From positions 8,060,001 to 8,124,000 of the forward strand of contig OX597816.1 of NCBI GenBank assembly GCA_951406725.2: a stretch of DNA of 64,000 bases. Reading direction: 5' to 3'. Position 1 is the first letter of the stretch, and the number at the start of each line of letters is the position of its first letter. The notes beneath the pieces are model-generated. The model ran no database searches and had not been told where the DNA came from. It saw only the letters and a program-made list of their open reading frames with translations. Position numbers and translations under genes: made by a program. The stretch comes from Octopus vulgaris. Taxonomy: Eukaryota. Shown here piece after piece: positions 53,721-64,000 of this stretch.

Positions 53721-54055
53721 ACAGGGTGGGTCAAATTAGTGCCCCAACTTTATGTGTCCCTCTTATATTTGTCCATTAATTTTGTAGCTTCCTGATGGAT
53801 GCTGTTATTATTTCTAAATGTGATTGATTATTTTCTTATTTTCTTCACGTGTTGTTGTAAACAGTCTGTTTCTTAAATTATGAGCTTTTTCTTCTTCATT
53901 TCAGATACCGTATCAATACGAGCTATTCTTACGAACAGCAGATTTAAGCAGTTTCCCCATTTTGTTGTCAGCGGAAATTTGCGAGAAAGCGTTCGACAAC
54001 ATGAAAAGAAATATGGAGCACCAGTTCCTGATCATAAGACTGTGGGTAGATGGCA
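53721..54055 (+). mobile_element. Left end of a Tc1/mariner-superfamily element
   Basis: TA|CAGGGTGGGTCAAATT terminus and HTH-like coding remnant. Confidence 0.5.
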
Positions 54056-54062
54056 CTGAAAA

Positions 54063-54095
<33 letters not shown>

Positions 54096-54188
54096 TGTAT
54101 ATATATGTACTTTACTTGTGGCTTAAGAATCTCTGCCCACCAAATGCGACGTAGCGCACTAATTCCCGCTGATTGATACTGTCGTGTA

Positions 54189-54580
54189 CTAGCAGTATCG
54201 CCCGGCGTTGCTCGGGTTTGTTTCGACCCTTTGGAATTGGAATTTTTGAAAAGTAAAAATTTTGCATTATGTAGCTTGTTATTCTCTTTAAGTGAACATT
54301 TTTCTGATTGAAATACACCGAAAAATGGCGACACTGCAGTCAAAAAATCGTAAAAAATAGGGATTTTCATAGAAAAAAAGCACCTTTTTGATGTAAATAA
54401 TTTTTGGTGTTAACATGGTCCGATTTGAATTTTTTCTTCTACGGAATGAAGAGCAAGCCTTCTTCTATCATACTCTCAATTTTGGTCAACTTGCGCCACA
54501 GGGTCTCGGAGGAGATAGTGTTAGTTGAAGGCTACCAAACCTGCCACACACAGACAACTTCAGCTTTATATATAGAGAGA
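54189..54580 (-). mobile_element. Non-autonomous Helitron with intact ends
   Basis: A|TC...hairpin...CTAG|T on the minus strand. Confidence 0.85.
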
Positions 54581-54619
54581 TTTACGTTTGAATCTATATC
54601 TAAAGAGAAAGAGAAAGAA

Positions 54620-54900
54620 AAGCGTGTGGCTCGATGTGTCTCGAGAATTGGGCTCACGATCGTAGGTTAGATTCCCAGATCAAGGGGTACGTTGCGTCTT
54701 TTGAGCAAGGAACTGCCTTTGACGTTTCTCATGTCAACTTAACTGAACTACGTATCACCAGGACGTTGGCGTAGTATCCTCGCCACTTCACCCCATCTGT
54801 CACATCTTGGATGTTCCACTGATTGAAGGGTGGGTAGGGCCGAAAGAAAGAGAGTCATGTCATTTCCTGACCATACAGACACCTAAAGACAATTTGTGAA
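54620..54900 (+). mobile_element. Degraded tRNA-derived SINE
   Basis: TGGCTCGATG..GGTTAGATTCCC..TTGAGCAAGG. Confidence 0.45.
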
Positions 54901-54989
54901 AACATGGCCATTATGCTGCCAAGTTATATTCGATTCTTACATACGAGTGACAATTACGGCTACACACACATACACACACACACACTCGT

Positions 54990-55172
54990 ACTTTGGGAAA
55001 GTGTCTTCTACTCTGGCCTCGAGCCGACCAAAGCCTTGTGAGTGGATTTGGTAGACGGAAACTGAAAGAATCTCGTCGTATATATATATATGTATATATG
55101 CGTGAGTATGTTTGTGTGTCTGCGTTTGTCCCCTCCCCCCATCATAGCTTGACAACCGATGTTGGCGTGTTT
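54990..55172 (+). mobile_element. SINE family 2 internal fragment
   Basis: CCGACCAAAGCCTTGTGAGTGGATTTGGTAGACGGAAACTG. Confidence 0.75.
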
Positions 55173-55429
55173 AAGGGGTGGAACAAAGGTATTATAAGCC
55201 GAACAGCTGTTTCTGGGGCTCGACGATCCATAATAACGTTGGTAGATTTAGTCCGTCACAAGATGCGGCCGTATAAATGCATTTAACATAGAAAGAGACG
55301 ATCCTCCATCATCAGGAGAGAGCTCTTACATTTCAGATTTTGATGCAGGGATGTTCAAAGATGGATACTTCTGAGTGTCTTCTATACAGAGAATATCTGG
55401 ATCTCATCTGTGAACTACACACACATATA

Positions 55430-55939
55430 CCGCAAATCCTCGAGTATAGTCCACACTTGAGTATAATACGCAGGGGATTTTTAGGGGGTTGTACCTCTGA
55501 AAAACGTAAACCTTGTGTATAATACGCACCCCTTCTCTAACTTGAGTCAAGGTGGTCTATATAACGTCCTTGGTTTGGAAAACTGTATATGGTAACATCC
55601 TTTATTATTATTGTACATATACCATAATGCAAACGTGTAGCTTTTTTGTGCATTTCTTTGCAGAAAATAAAGAAATAACAGTAATAATGTTTAGTAAATG
55701 TTGCTTACTGTTAGTTATGGATGATTCTTTTATGACTTCATTGCTTTCAAGCTTAGCTTAAGGTATTTTCGCTCCCGACATCACAAAATGCTTCTGAATA
55801 AACATTGCCGGACAGCAAATAGAGACTCGGACATTGCTTAGAAAATATTTTTCATTTTTAACCTCGTATATAGTACGCACTAGGGATTTTGATCTTTAAA
55901 TTTTGGAAAAAAATGCGGATTATACTCGAGGATTTACGG
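55430..55939. mobile_element. Tigger/pogo-like MITE
   Basis: TIRs CCG(C/T)AAATCCTCGAGTATA and TATACTCGAGGATTTACGG, TA on both sides. Confidence 0.85.
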
Positions 55940-56431
55940 TATGTATGTATCTATATATGTGTGTGTGCGCGATGTGCGTAACTGTGTTTGTGTGTATATA
56001 TGCTAATGTATGTAGCATATGTGAATTTATACGCTCACACACACACACACAAACGACAAGCATCCACATAATTTCCCTCCACTAAACTCACTGTAGGCAT
56101 TGATCGGTCAAGGCCTACCGGAAGAAACACTTGTGCAAAATGTTGTGCGTCGTAAGTCACTTACAAAACGAATTTCTTAACCTTAAATGCAAGTCAGCCA
56201 CCCCCACTCTCTCTCTCCCTCTCTCTCTTATACACACACACACACACACACACGTATGTAATACTATGTTTTTATACCGAACACAACGTAAATCTGAATT
56301 CCTGGAATATATAATTAATTAATTCTGTTTGTGTGTGTGTGTGTGTGTGTGTGATTGAAAGCTTTGAACGCAGAGTTTGTCGTTGATGCGTAAACATCGT
56401 GAGGTCATCCAAGAGCAATAAGTAGGAATCG

Positions 56432-56475
56432 TTTCACAGATCTGTTTCGGCGGTGATTGTTCCCTCATCAGAGAA
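56432..56475 (-). ncRNA. Degenerate hammerhead motif with canonical core
   Basis: CTGATGA GG..CC GAAACAGATCTGT; cleavage position and stem I are damaged. Confidence 0.4.
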
Positions 56476-56484
56476 TATGCACCT

Positions 56485-56525
<41 letters not shown>

Positions 56526-56559
56526 ATACAACATATATAGATGAGATGCAGCACGGAAT

Positions 56560-56610
56560 TTTGTCAGTGAACAGGTCGCGGTCTCAAAGCGACGAAAATA
56601 TTTTGACAAA
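56560..56610 (+). ncRNA. Minimal type I hammerhead ribozyme motif, G3-C8 core variant
   Basis: TTTGTCA GTGAACA G GTCGC-GGTCTCAAA-GCGAC GAAA ATAT T T TGACAAA: 7-bp stem I, 5-bp stem II, 1-bp stem III with palindromic loop. Confidence 0.65.
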
Positions 56611-56785
56611 TTAAATTTAAATGTTGAAGTGAATCTAATGGTTTTTGTGTGTTTTTAAATGGCTTATAAACACCTCCCATACTGCAATTGTTTTCGTTCC
56701 AGCAAACGATCTCAAATCAGGTCACTTGCTATGCAAGTACATCTCGGTAGTATATATATATGTATATATATATATATATATATAC

Positions 56786-56919
56786 TTTATTTTAAGCAGC
56801 AGAAAATTCAACAAAATCTGTTACTCGTTGCCGTTCATCAGACAGTTTTTGCTAAAAACTGTCTGATGAACGGCAACGAGTAACAGATTTTGTTGAATTT
56901 TCTGCTGCTTAAAATAAAG
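56786..56919. repeat. Perfect foldback with ~65-bp arms
   Basis: CTTTATTTTAAGCAGCAG...GACAGTTTTT|GCT|AAAAACTGTC...CTGCTGCTTAAAATAAAG. Confidence 0.9.
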
Positions 56920-56988
56920 CATATTACTCTACCACTGGTATTTGAGTACTCTTTTTTCCACCTTGTTTCACATTTATGTGTTTACTCC

Positions 56989-57052
<64 letters not shown>

Positions 57053-57056
<4 letters not shown>

Positions 57057-57254
57057 TAATCCAAACAAGAAAACACAAAAAAACACAACAACGCGAGGAC
57101 GTGGAACAAATATAGTATTATTGGACGCTCAGGAAAGAAGGAAAGAAGGAGGGTTTAATGTTTCGAGCGGAGCTCTTCGTCGGAAACATAGGAGAAGGAA
57201 AGATCCAGAGAAGGGAAGACAGAGGAAAAAAAATCGCCAACGGTACACACGAGG

Positions 57255-57260
<6 letters not shown>
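57053..57260 (-). mobile_element. Short retrozyme-like element, subfamily 2
   Basis: Minus strand CCGACGA A GAGC-TCC-GCTC GAAAC; (TA)n on both sides; paralog at 58261-58460. Confidence 0.65.
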
Positions 57261-57303
<43 letters not shown>

Positions 57304-57359
57304 AATATTAAAATAACTAAGTCTCTCTAAAAGAGAACAGCGGCAGCGTTCCCGGAAAA

Positions 57360-57592
57360 TAATAGTTATCGCCATACTAATATGGCATTCTTATAAAAAT
57401 AAGAAAAAAGCTGTCCGCTTATTAGCTCCATGAGGCCATCGCCTTAAGTTAGCTATTATATGGATACAGGTTATATGGATACAGTTTGTGTATCAAATAG
57501 CTAACTTAAGGCGATGGCCTCATGGAGCTAATAAGCGGACAGCTTTTTTCTTATTTTTATAAGAATGCCATATTAGTATGGCGATAACTATT
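57360..57592. repeat. Foldback with ~98-bp perfect arms
   Basis: 57360-57457 is the reverse complement of ~57495-57592. Confidence 0.9.
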
Positions 57593-57615
57593 ATATATAT
57601 ATATATATATATATT

Positions 57616-57978
57616 TACTCTCTCTTTTACTCTTTTACTTGTTTCAGTCATTTGACTGCGGCCATGCTGGAGCACCGCCTTTAGTCGAGCAAATCGACCC
57701 CAGGACTTATTCCTTGTAAGTCCAGTACTTATTCTATCGGTCTGTTTTGCTGAACCGCTAAGTGACGGGGACGTAAACACATCAGCATCGGTTGTCAAGC
57801 AATGCTAGGGGGACAAACACAGACACACACACATATATATATACATATATACGACAGGCTTCTTTCAGTTTCCATCTACCAAATCCACTCACAAGACATT
57901 GGTCAGCCCGGGGCTATAGCAGAAGACACCTGCCCAAGATGCCACGCAGTGGAACTGAACCCAGAACCATGTGGTTGG

Positions 57979-57980
<2 letters not shown>
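57616..57980 (-). mobile_element. SINE family 2 copy
   Basis: Near identity to 21737-22100. Confidence 0.85.
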
Positions 57981-58018
<38 letters not shown>

Positions 58019-58071
58019 TCTTTCTTTCTCTCCCGTCTGTCTTGATAGACAATGGGTCAATATAGACAATG

Positions 58072-58460
<389 letters not shown>

Positions 58461-58759
58461 TATATATATACTTTTTGGGCGAATGGTTTTGTTATAGGGT
58501 GCCGTATTTTACAATCCTGTAAATAATAATAAGGGTATTTTTTATATAAGCTTAAAGCTTATGGCGATTACCGTGCAATGGCTAAGGATAATAGTCTAAT
58601 AATGGGGCATATAAGCCCTCAATAGAAAAAAAGAAAGCTTTCCTATACGCGTGAGACTCGAACCCACATTCCTTTGTTAATGCGACTAAGTGTGCTACCT
58701 TTACACCAACATACACACACACTCACACACACACACACACACAAACACAGACACACACA

Positions 58760-58812
<53 letters not shown>

Positions 58813-58974
58813 GGATTGTCGGTAAAACATAAATACGAAAAAGACCCACTCTAAGTTATAGAGCAGTATATAATATAAATAGAATTAGATAAGGCCGGTT
58901 TATGAGATTACCCTGGGTTCATGGACGTGAAACCATGGGTAATCCCATAAACTTTATTCAACTTTATACACACG

Positions 58975-59208
58975 CAGTAATCCCTTACCATATCGCGGTT
59001 CACCTATCGCGGTTCACCTATCGCGGTTTATTATTTAAGCTTACATCGCTTCCTCCGTGGTATGGTTTTGCATTTATAATAAAATAAATATATACAGATT
59101 ATAAAAATAATAATAAAAATATACAGTACAACACTGTTTCTAGTTCATGGATTTTCACCTATCGCGCGGGGGAGGGGGTTGGAACACCCGCGATAATCGA
59201 GGGACTTA
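58975..59208. mobile_element. Tigger-like MITE
   Basis: CAGTAATCCCTT..ATATCGCGG and CCGCGATAATCGAGGGACT imperfect TIRs. Confidence 0.5.
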
Positions 59209-59504
59209 GTATAGAAGACATTTAATAGTGCTCAAAAGATTGAAACTTGGCTCCGATGTCTTTACAAGGGATCGATTCCACGGGGTAAAGAATGGCCCAT
59301 AAGAGGAAGCAAGTTGAGCGGATAAAGAGGCAATTATGCGAACAAACAAATTAGACATATTGAATATATAACAGCCTGGGTATGAAATACAAAATATGGG
59401 AGCTCAGTTAGAAAGAGCATCCACCCCTTTACTTTTCTCTGTCGTTTGTACTCTATTCATCGTCTGAAGGTCTCCACTCTCTACTTTCTATCGTTTTGCA
59501 TGTA

Positions 59505-59894
59505 TAGGCGTAAGAGTGGCTGTGTGGTAAGTAGCTTGCTTACCAACCACATGGTTCCGTGTTCAGTCCCACTGCGTGGCACCTTGGGCAAGTATCTTCT
59601 ACTAGAGCTTTGAGCCGACCAAAGCCTTGTGATTGGATTTGGTAAACAGAAACTGAAAGAAGATCGTCATATATATGTATATGTATATGTGTGTGTGTGT
59701 GTGTTTGTGTTTGTGTTTGTCCTCCCACCATCGCTTGACAACCGATGCTGGTGTGTTTACGTCCCCGTAATTTAGCGGTTCGGCAAAGGAGACCGGTAGA
59801 ATAAGTACTAGGCTTACAAAGAATAAGTTCTAGGGTCAATTTGTTCAACTAAAAGCGGTGCTCCAGCATGGCCGCAGTCAAATGACTGAAACAA

Positions 59895-59902
<8 letters not shown>
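59505..59902 (+). mobile_element. SINE family 2, full length
   Basis: Head and tail motifs. Confidence 0.85.
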
Positions 59903-59939
<37 letters not shown>

Positions 59940-59941
<2 letters not shown>

Positions 59942-60561
59942 CAGCTGTTCTTTCAATTCACAACACGCATTCAGTCGTGACTGATTTTGATCTTCTGTGA
60001 GCAAACGACGCACTGATTTTGCAGCAGCTCTTTACATTTGCAACTCCTTGCTCAAAATTCGTTGGCAGGAGTTCCAGGATACAGCAGACATATCAGTAAG
60101 TTTGTCAATTATTCGGTGACAGACCCCCAAGATCAGTTCATGAATTTTCGTGATGCTTTCATTCGTTCGCGAAGTCGACGGACACCCTGAACAAGATTGG
60201 TCTTTAAGCGACAAGTAACCATTCCTAAAGCGTGGATCCCACTCGTAAACTTGTGTTTTGCTCATGGCAGCGTCCTTGTAAGCTGTTTGAAACATGTAAC
60301 TGTTTCAGCCACCATTTCCCACAACAGAATTTCACGGAAGTACGCTCTTCTTTCGTTTCAGCCATCACAAAAATCGACGAACAGGAGAGAAACACTGCAA
60401 AACAAAGCCGCACCACGTGGCGGTACGACTTCACTCGACGACGTCGGGCTGCAGGCTGATGCCTGAGGGTTGCATCAAGTGACTTCCAGCAGTGGAAGCC
60501 TGAATTACTATAGGTTTGTCTCACAAAGAACGTTTCCGGTTACTTTTGTTTACGTCCTCGT
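59940..60561 (-). mobile_element. Mariner 5' fragment (HTH region and TIR)
   Basis: AYKDAAMSKTQVYEW..RFRNG..SGCPSTS; terminus TACGAGGACGTAAACAAAAGTAACCGGAA. Confidence 0.75.
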
Positions 60562-60942
60562 AATAGTGAGTGATGCCTTTGGGATGGAACACAGGAAGAC
60601 TCCGCGTCTTTGGCAATGCACGGCCAGGTTACCTTCCTTCTGTTGCGTGCCTCACATCACTTGGTAAGAAAATCTGTTTTTGTCACGCAATACTGCCATT
60701 CTGTCTTCTTTCGTTCGAGTATTGCATGTTCCAGAGCTCATCCATTGGAAGCTACGCGTGCAAAAGATAAAACCCATAATCCACTGAAACTTCAGTTGTT
60801 ATTTTTATTTGCTAATGTTTTTTTTTCGTATGTCAAAGGGAAATTGTTGTGTCTAGAACGAAATATTTGCTAGAACTTTTAATATTTGTACCATTGTTAA
60901 ATAAATTATCATCCAATCACTCTCTTTAAAACGCGTATCTTA

Positions 60943-61540
60943 TTTCTTTATTGCCCACAAGGGGCTAAACATAGAGGGGACAAACAAGGACAGAGAAAGG
61001 TATTAAGTCGATTATATCGACCCCAGTGCGTAAATGGTACTTAATTTATCGACCCCGAAAGGATGAAAGGCAAAGTCGACCTCGGCGGAATTTGAACTCA
61101 GGACGTAACGGCTGACGAAATACCTATTTCTTTACTACCCACAAGGGGCTAAACACAGAGGGGACAAACAAGGACATACTAACGGATTAAGTCGATTATA
61201 TCGACCTCTGTGCGTAACTGGTACTTATTTAATCGACCCAGAAAGGATGAAAGGCAAAGTCGACCCCGGCGGAATTTGAACTCAGGACGTAACGGCAGAC
61301 GAAATATCTATTTCTTTACTACCCACAAGGGGCTAAACACAGAGAGGACAAACAAGGACAGACACACGGATTAAATCGATTATATCGACCCCAGTGCGTA
61401 ACTGGTACTTATTTAATCGAACCCGAAAGGATGAACGGCAAAATTCGACCTCGGCGGAATTTGAACCCAGGACGTAACGGCAGACGAAATATGGCTACGC
61501 ATTTCGCCCACCGTGCTAACGTTTCTGCCAGCTCGCCGCT
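60943..61540 (-). mobile_element. Meta-type SINE with one head and three tandem bodies, 18-bp TSD
   Basis: ~180-bp unit three times; TTTAAAACGC(G/A)TATCTTA at 60925-60942 and 61541-61558. Confidence 0.85.
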
Positions 61541-61589
61541 TTTAAAACGCATATCTTACCGTACAAGGTTCTTATTCATATAATTTTGT

Positions 61590-63420
61590 TTGTATTTGTT
61601 GTGTCGGACGCCCCCCGGTGAGAAGTGGGCTGATCCTCCACTAATAAACAGTGGACTGACACAGTCAGTAGAGTCGGCCAGCGGAGTGCTTCTTTGTTGT
61701 TAAATCTTTTGATTCCGGTCGACGTGAGTTGTATTGTGTTGTATACCTGTTGAGGGGTCTCCCGCGAGCGTGAGCCTATGATTTGAATTGTTAAATTTGC
61801 TAAGTAGTGTTTTTGCCTGCGGGCTTGCGATTTTTGTTTGTCTTCTTCCTCCATTTTGGGGCGAAGTGAAAAAGGAAAAGAAGATAATGGATTGCGAATC
61901 AGTTCCAGCACAGGCCGAAGTGTATGCTTCAGCGAATGGAAGGGGTGTAATTGTAGATGCGTTGGAGGGGCGACAGGTTAAAATGAGCAGAAAAAGCTGA
62001 AGGAATATAATAGGCTGATTCAGAAGGAAGGATCCAATTTAAGGCTGACCCCGACAGAAGAAGTGATAGCCAGGACAGCAAAACGAGAAGTGGTTTACAG
62101 AACACTGTCTGCAACAACTAAGAAAATTGAAATAGCCACGGTGGAGACAATAGAAGAATGTCTTAAGGAGATAAAAAAAAAAACTGACGACATTCTACAC
62201 AAGAGGCAGAAAATACGGCACAGTGGAGGTGAGGTTTGCCAACGAACAGGAGGCGATAAATCACTCCACTGTGATGCTCAGGATGCAAGAGTGGGTACTC
62301 CTGCCAACTTACAGCGGCAAAAGCGTCACTAGAGTGAGAATAGGCAGAGTACCCCCGGAAATCAAGGCAGCGTGGCTGGTGGCAGCCGTGATGCATAAAA
62401 CCGAAGAGGATGTAAACATTTTAAAGGTGACGAGGACAAAAAAAAGTAAACTGGTGGGGATATGGCCTTGAATTGGTCATTCAAGTAGGACAAAAAGATT
62501 TGAACGAAATCGCTGAAGAGGTGATTTTACCGGAAGACATAAGGTTGAGAGTGGTGGTGGAAGGAAGACTTCAACCTGCTATCATTGCAGAGAGAAGGGA
62601 CACATGAGAGTGAGATGCCCCCAGAGAGACAGTGAGGAAGGCCAACAGGAGCAGAATACTGAAGTGACGGCCCTAGCAAGTGAGAAATGTACGGAGGAAG
62701 CGGAGGAAGCATTTACGGAGGCGACCAGGAAAAATAGAAAAGAATGTGTAAACACACTGCCGAAAAGTCCGAAAAAGAAAAAAGGGGGAAGATATGAACA
62801 TTATAGAGATGTGACAGCAAAGACCGCCACCAGCATCACAAACAAAAGGACAAAAAAAAAAAAAAAGAAAATGGAAACCTACCCAGACACCCCAATTTTA
62901 CCGCAGAAACAAACAGTTAAAGGAGCCAGAAAAAATAAATGGTATATGGTTACATATACAAAAAGTGCGGCGATAGAAAGGAGAATGACCAAATTCAGAT
63001 CGGTAATTAGAGTCAAATTACTAGCGGAGCTTTACACAGAAAATACAAAAGGCAAAGTGATAGATCAAGAGAGGTATGGAAAATGAAAAGAGTTGTTTGG
63101 AACAAGTATAGACCCATTGGGAGTGGAGTTCGATACATGAACTCGAAAGCGTGAGTGAGCTTTTTAAATAAGACTATACATTCGATGCTAAAAGGGAAAA
63201 AAAAGAAGGAAAAAAATGAGGGAAAAACTATTATAAAAAAACCTTTTTGAAACAGTTAAATGGTACTGCTTGAGAGTGGGGTTCAATGCAGTCACTTCAT
63301 CCCCTTTAATTATATTCATCTTTCATTCATTCGTTTTATGGTTTTTGTTCCCACTGTGGTGTTCTGTCTGTCTTCGTGCCATCCCATCTGTGTCATGGCC
63401 TGTGTGCCAAATAAAAGACA
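61590..63420 (+). mobile_element. ORF1-only (HAL1-like) non-autonomous relative of the L1/Tx1-type LINE, degraded
   Basis: ORF1 homology (VEVRFANEQEA, VTRVRIGRVPP, CYHCREKGHMRVRC) followed directly by a 3' UTR ending GGCCTGTGTGCCAAATAAAAG; no ORF2. Confidence 0.7.
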
Positions 63421-63609
63421 CACGGTCGGAGAAGGCGCGCCGTTCGGAAATTTCTCGGAGAGACGACGAAATGCGTGGTCATCATGGCACATAGCAGTGG
63501 AGACAAGGGTTCGGACAATATCGCCACTGGGACATAGCAGTATTGTGTAAAGTTACCTTTATTCAAAAAATTTTCTTTCACGAGTCGTTCCGGCTATTTT
63601 TTGTATTTA

Positions 63610-63845
63610 AGGCGGCGAGCTGGCAGAAACATTAGCACACCGGGCGAAATGCTTAGCAGTATTTCGTCTGCCGCTACGTTCTGAGTTCAAATTCCGCCGA
63701 GGTCGACTTTGCCTTTCATCCTTTCGGGGTCGATTAAATAAGTACCAATTACACGCTGGGATCGATATAATCGACTTAATCCGTTTGTCTGTCCTTGTTT
63801 GTCCTCTCTGTGTTTAGCCCTTTGTGGATAGTAAAGAAATAGGTG
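63610..63845 (+). mobile_element. Meta-type SINE, full length
   Basis: Head, core and tail. Confidence 0.85.
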
Positions 63846-64000
63846 TTTTTTTTTATGTTTTGTTCATATATTCTTTATGTTTTACTAGTTTGTGCCATTA
63901 GTCTGCGGCCATGCTGGAGCATCGCCTTGAAGAATTTTATGCCGAATGTATCGACCCCTGTAGTTATTTTGTCTTTAACCGTAGTACTTATTCTGTCGCT

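Overview
AT-rich eukaryotic DNA made almost entirely of transposable elements and simple repeats. No host protein-coding exon can be supported. From recalled SINE families and the microsatellite load it looks like a coleoid cephalopod (Octopus-like); this is inference. The main structure is an apparently full-length L1/Tx1-type LINE (about 4063-9244). It has a zinc-knuckle ORF1 and an ORF2 with intact RT (YADD) and C-terminal CCHC, but nearly the whole APE endonuclease is removed in frame. It runs directly into an ~8.7 kb two-state (CCAT/CCGT)n array whose variation is almost only A/G on the element's sense strand. A related 3' motif (GCCC-TGTG-GC-AATAAA-like) ends a degraded LINE paralog, an ORF1-only derivative, a Meta-type SINE and two ~25-bp stubs. 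Penelope-like elements and short derivatives carry minimal hammerhead-ribozyme motifs, including U3-A8 and G3-C8 compensatory core variants. Also present: mariner, Tc1, rosa-like (DD40D) and Tigger-like DNA transposons, non-autonomous Helitrons, CR1, RTE and R4/Dong-like fragments, and several near-perfect foldback hairpins. The very long ORFs over the arrays are artefacts of stop-free repeats.
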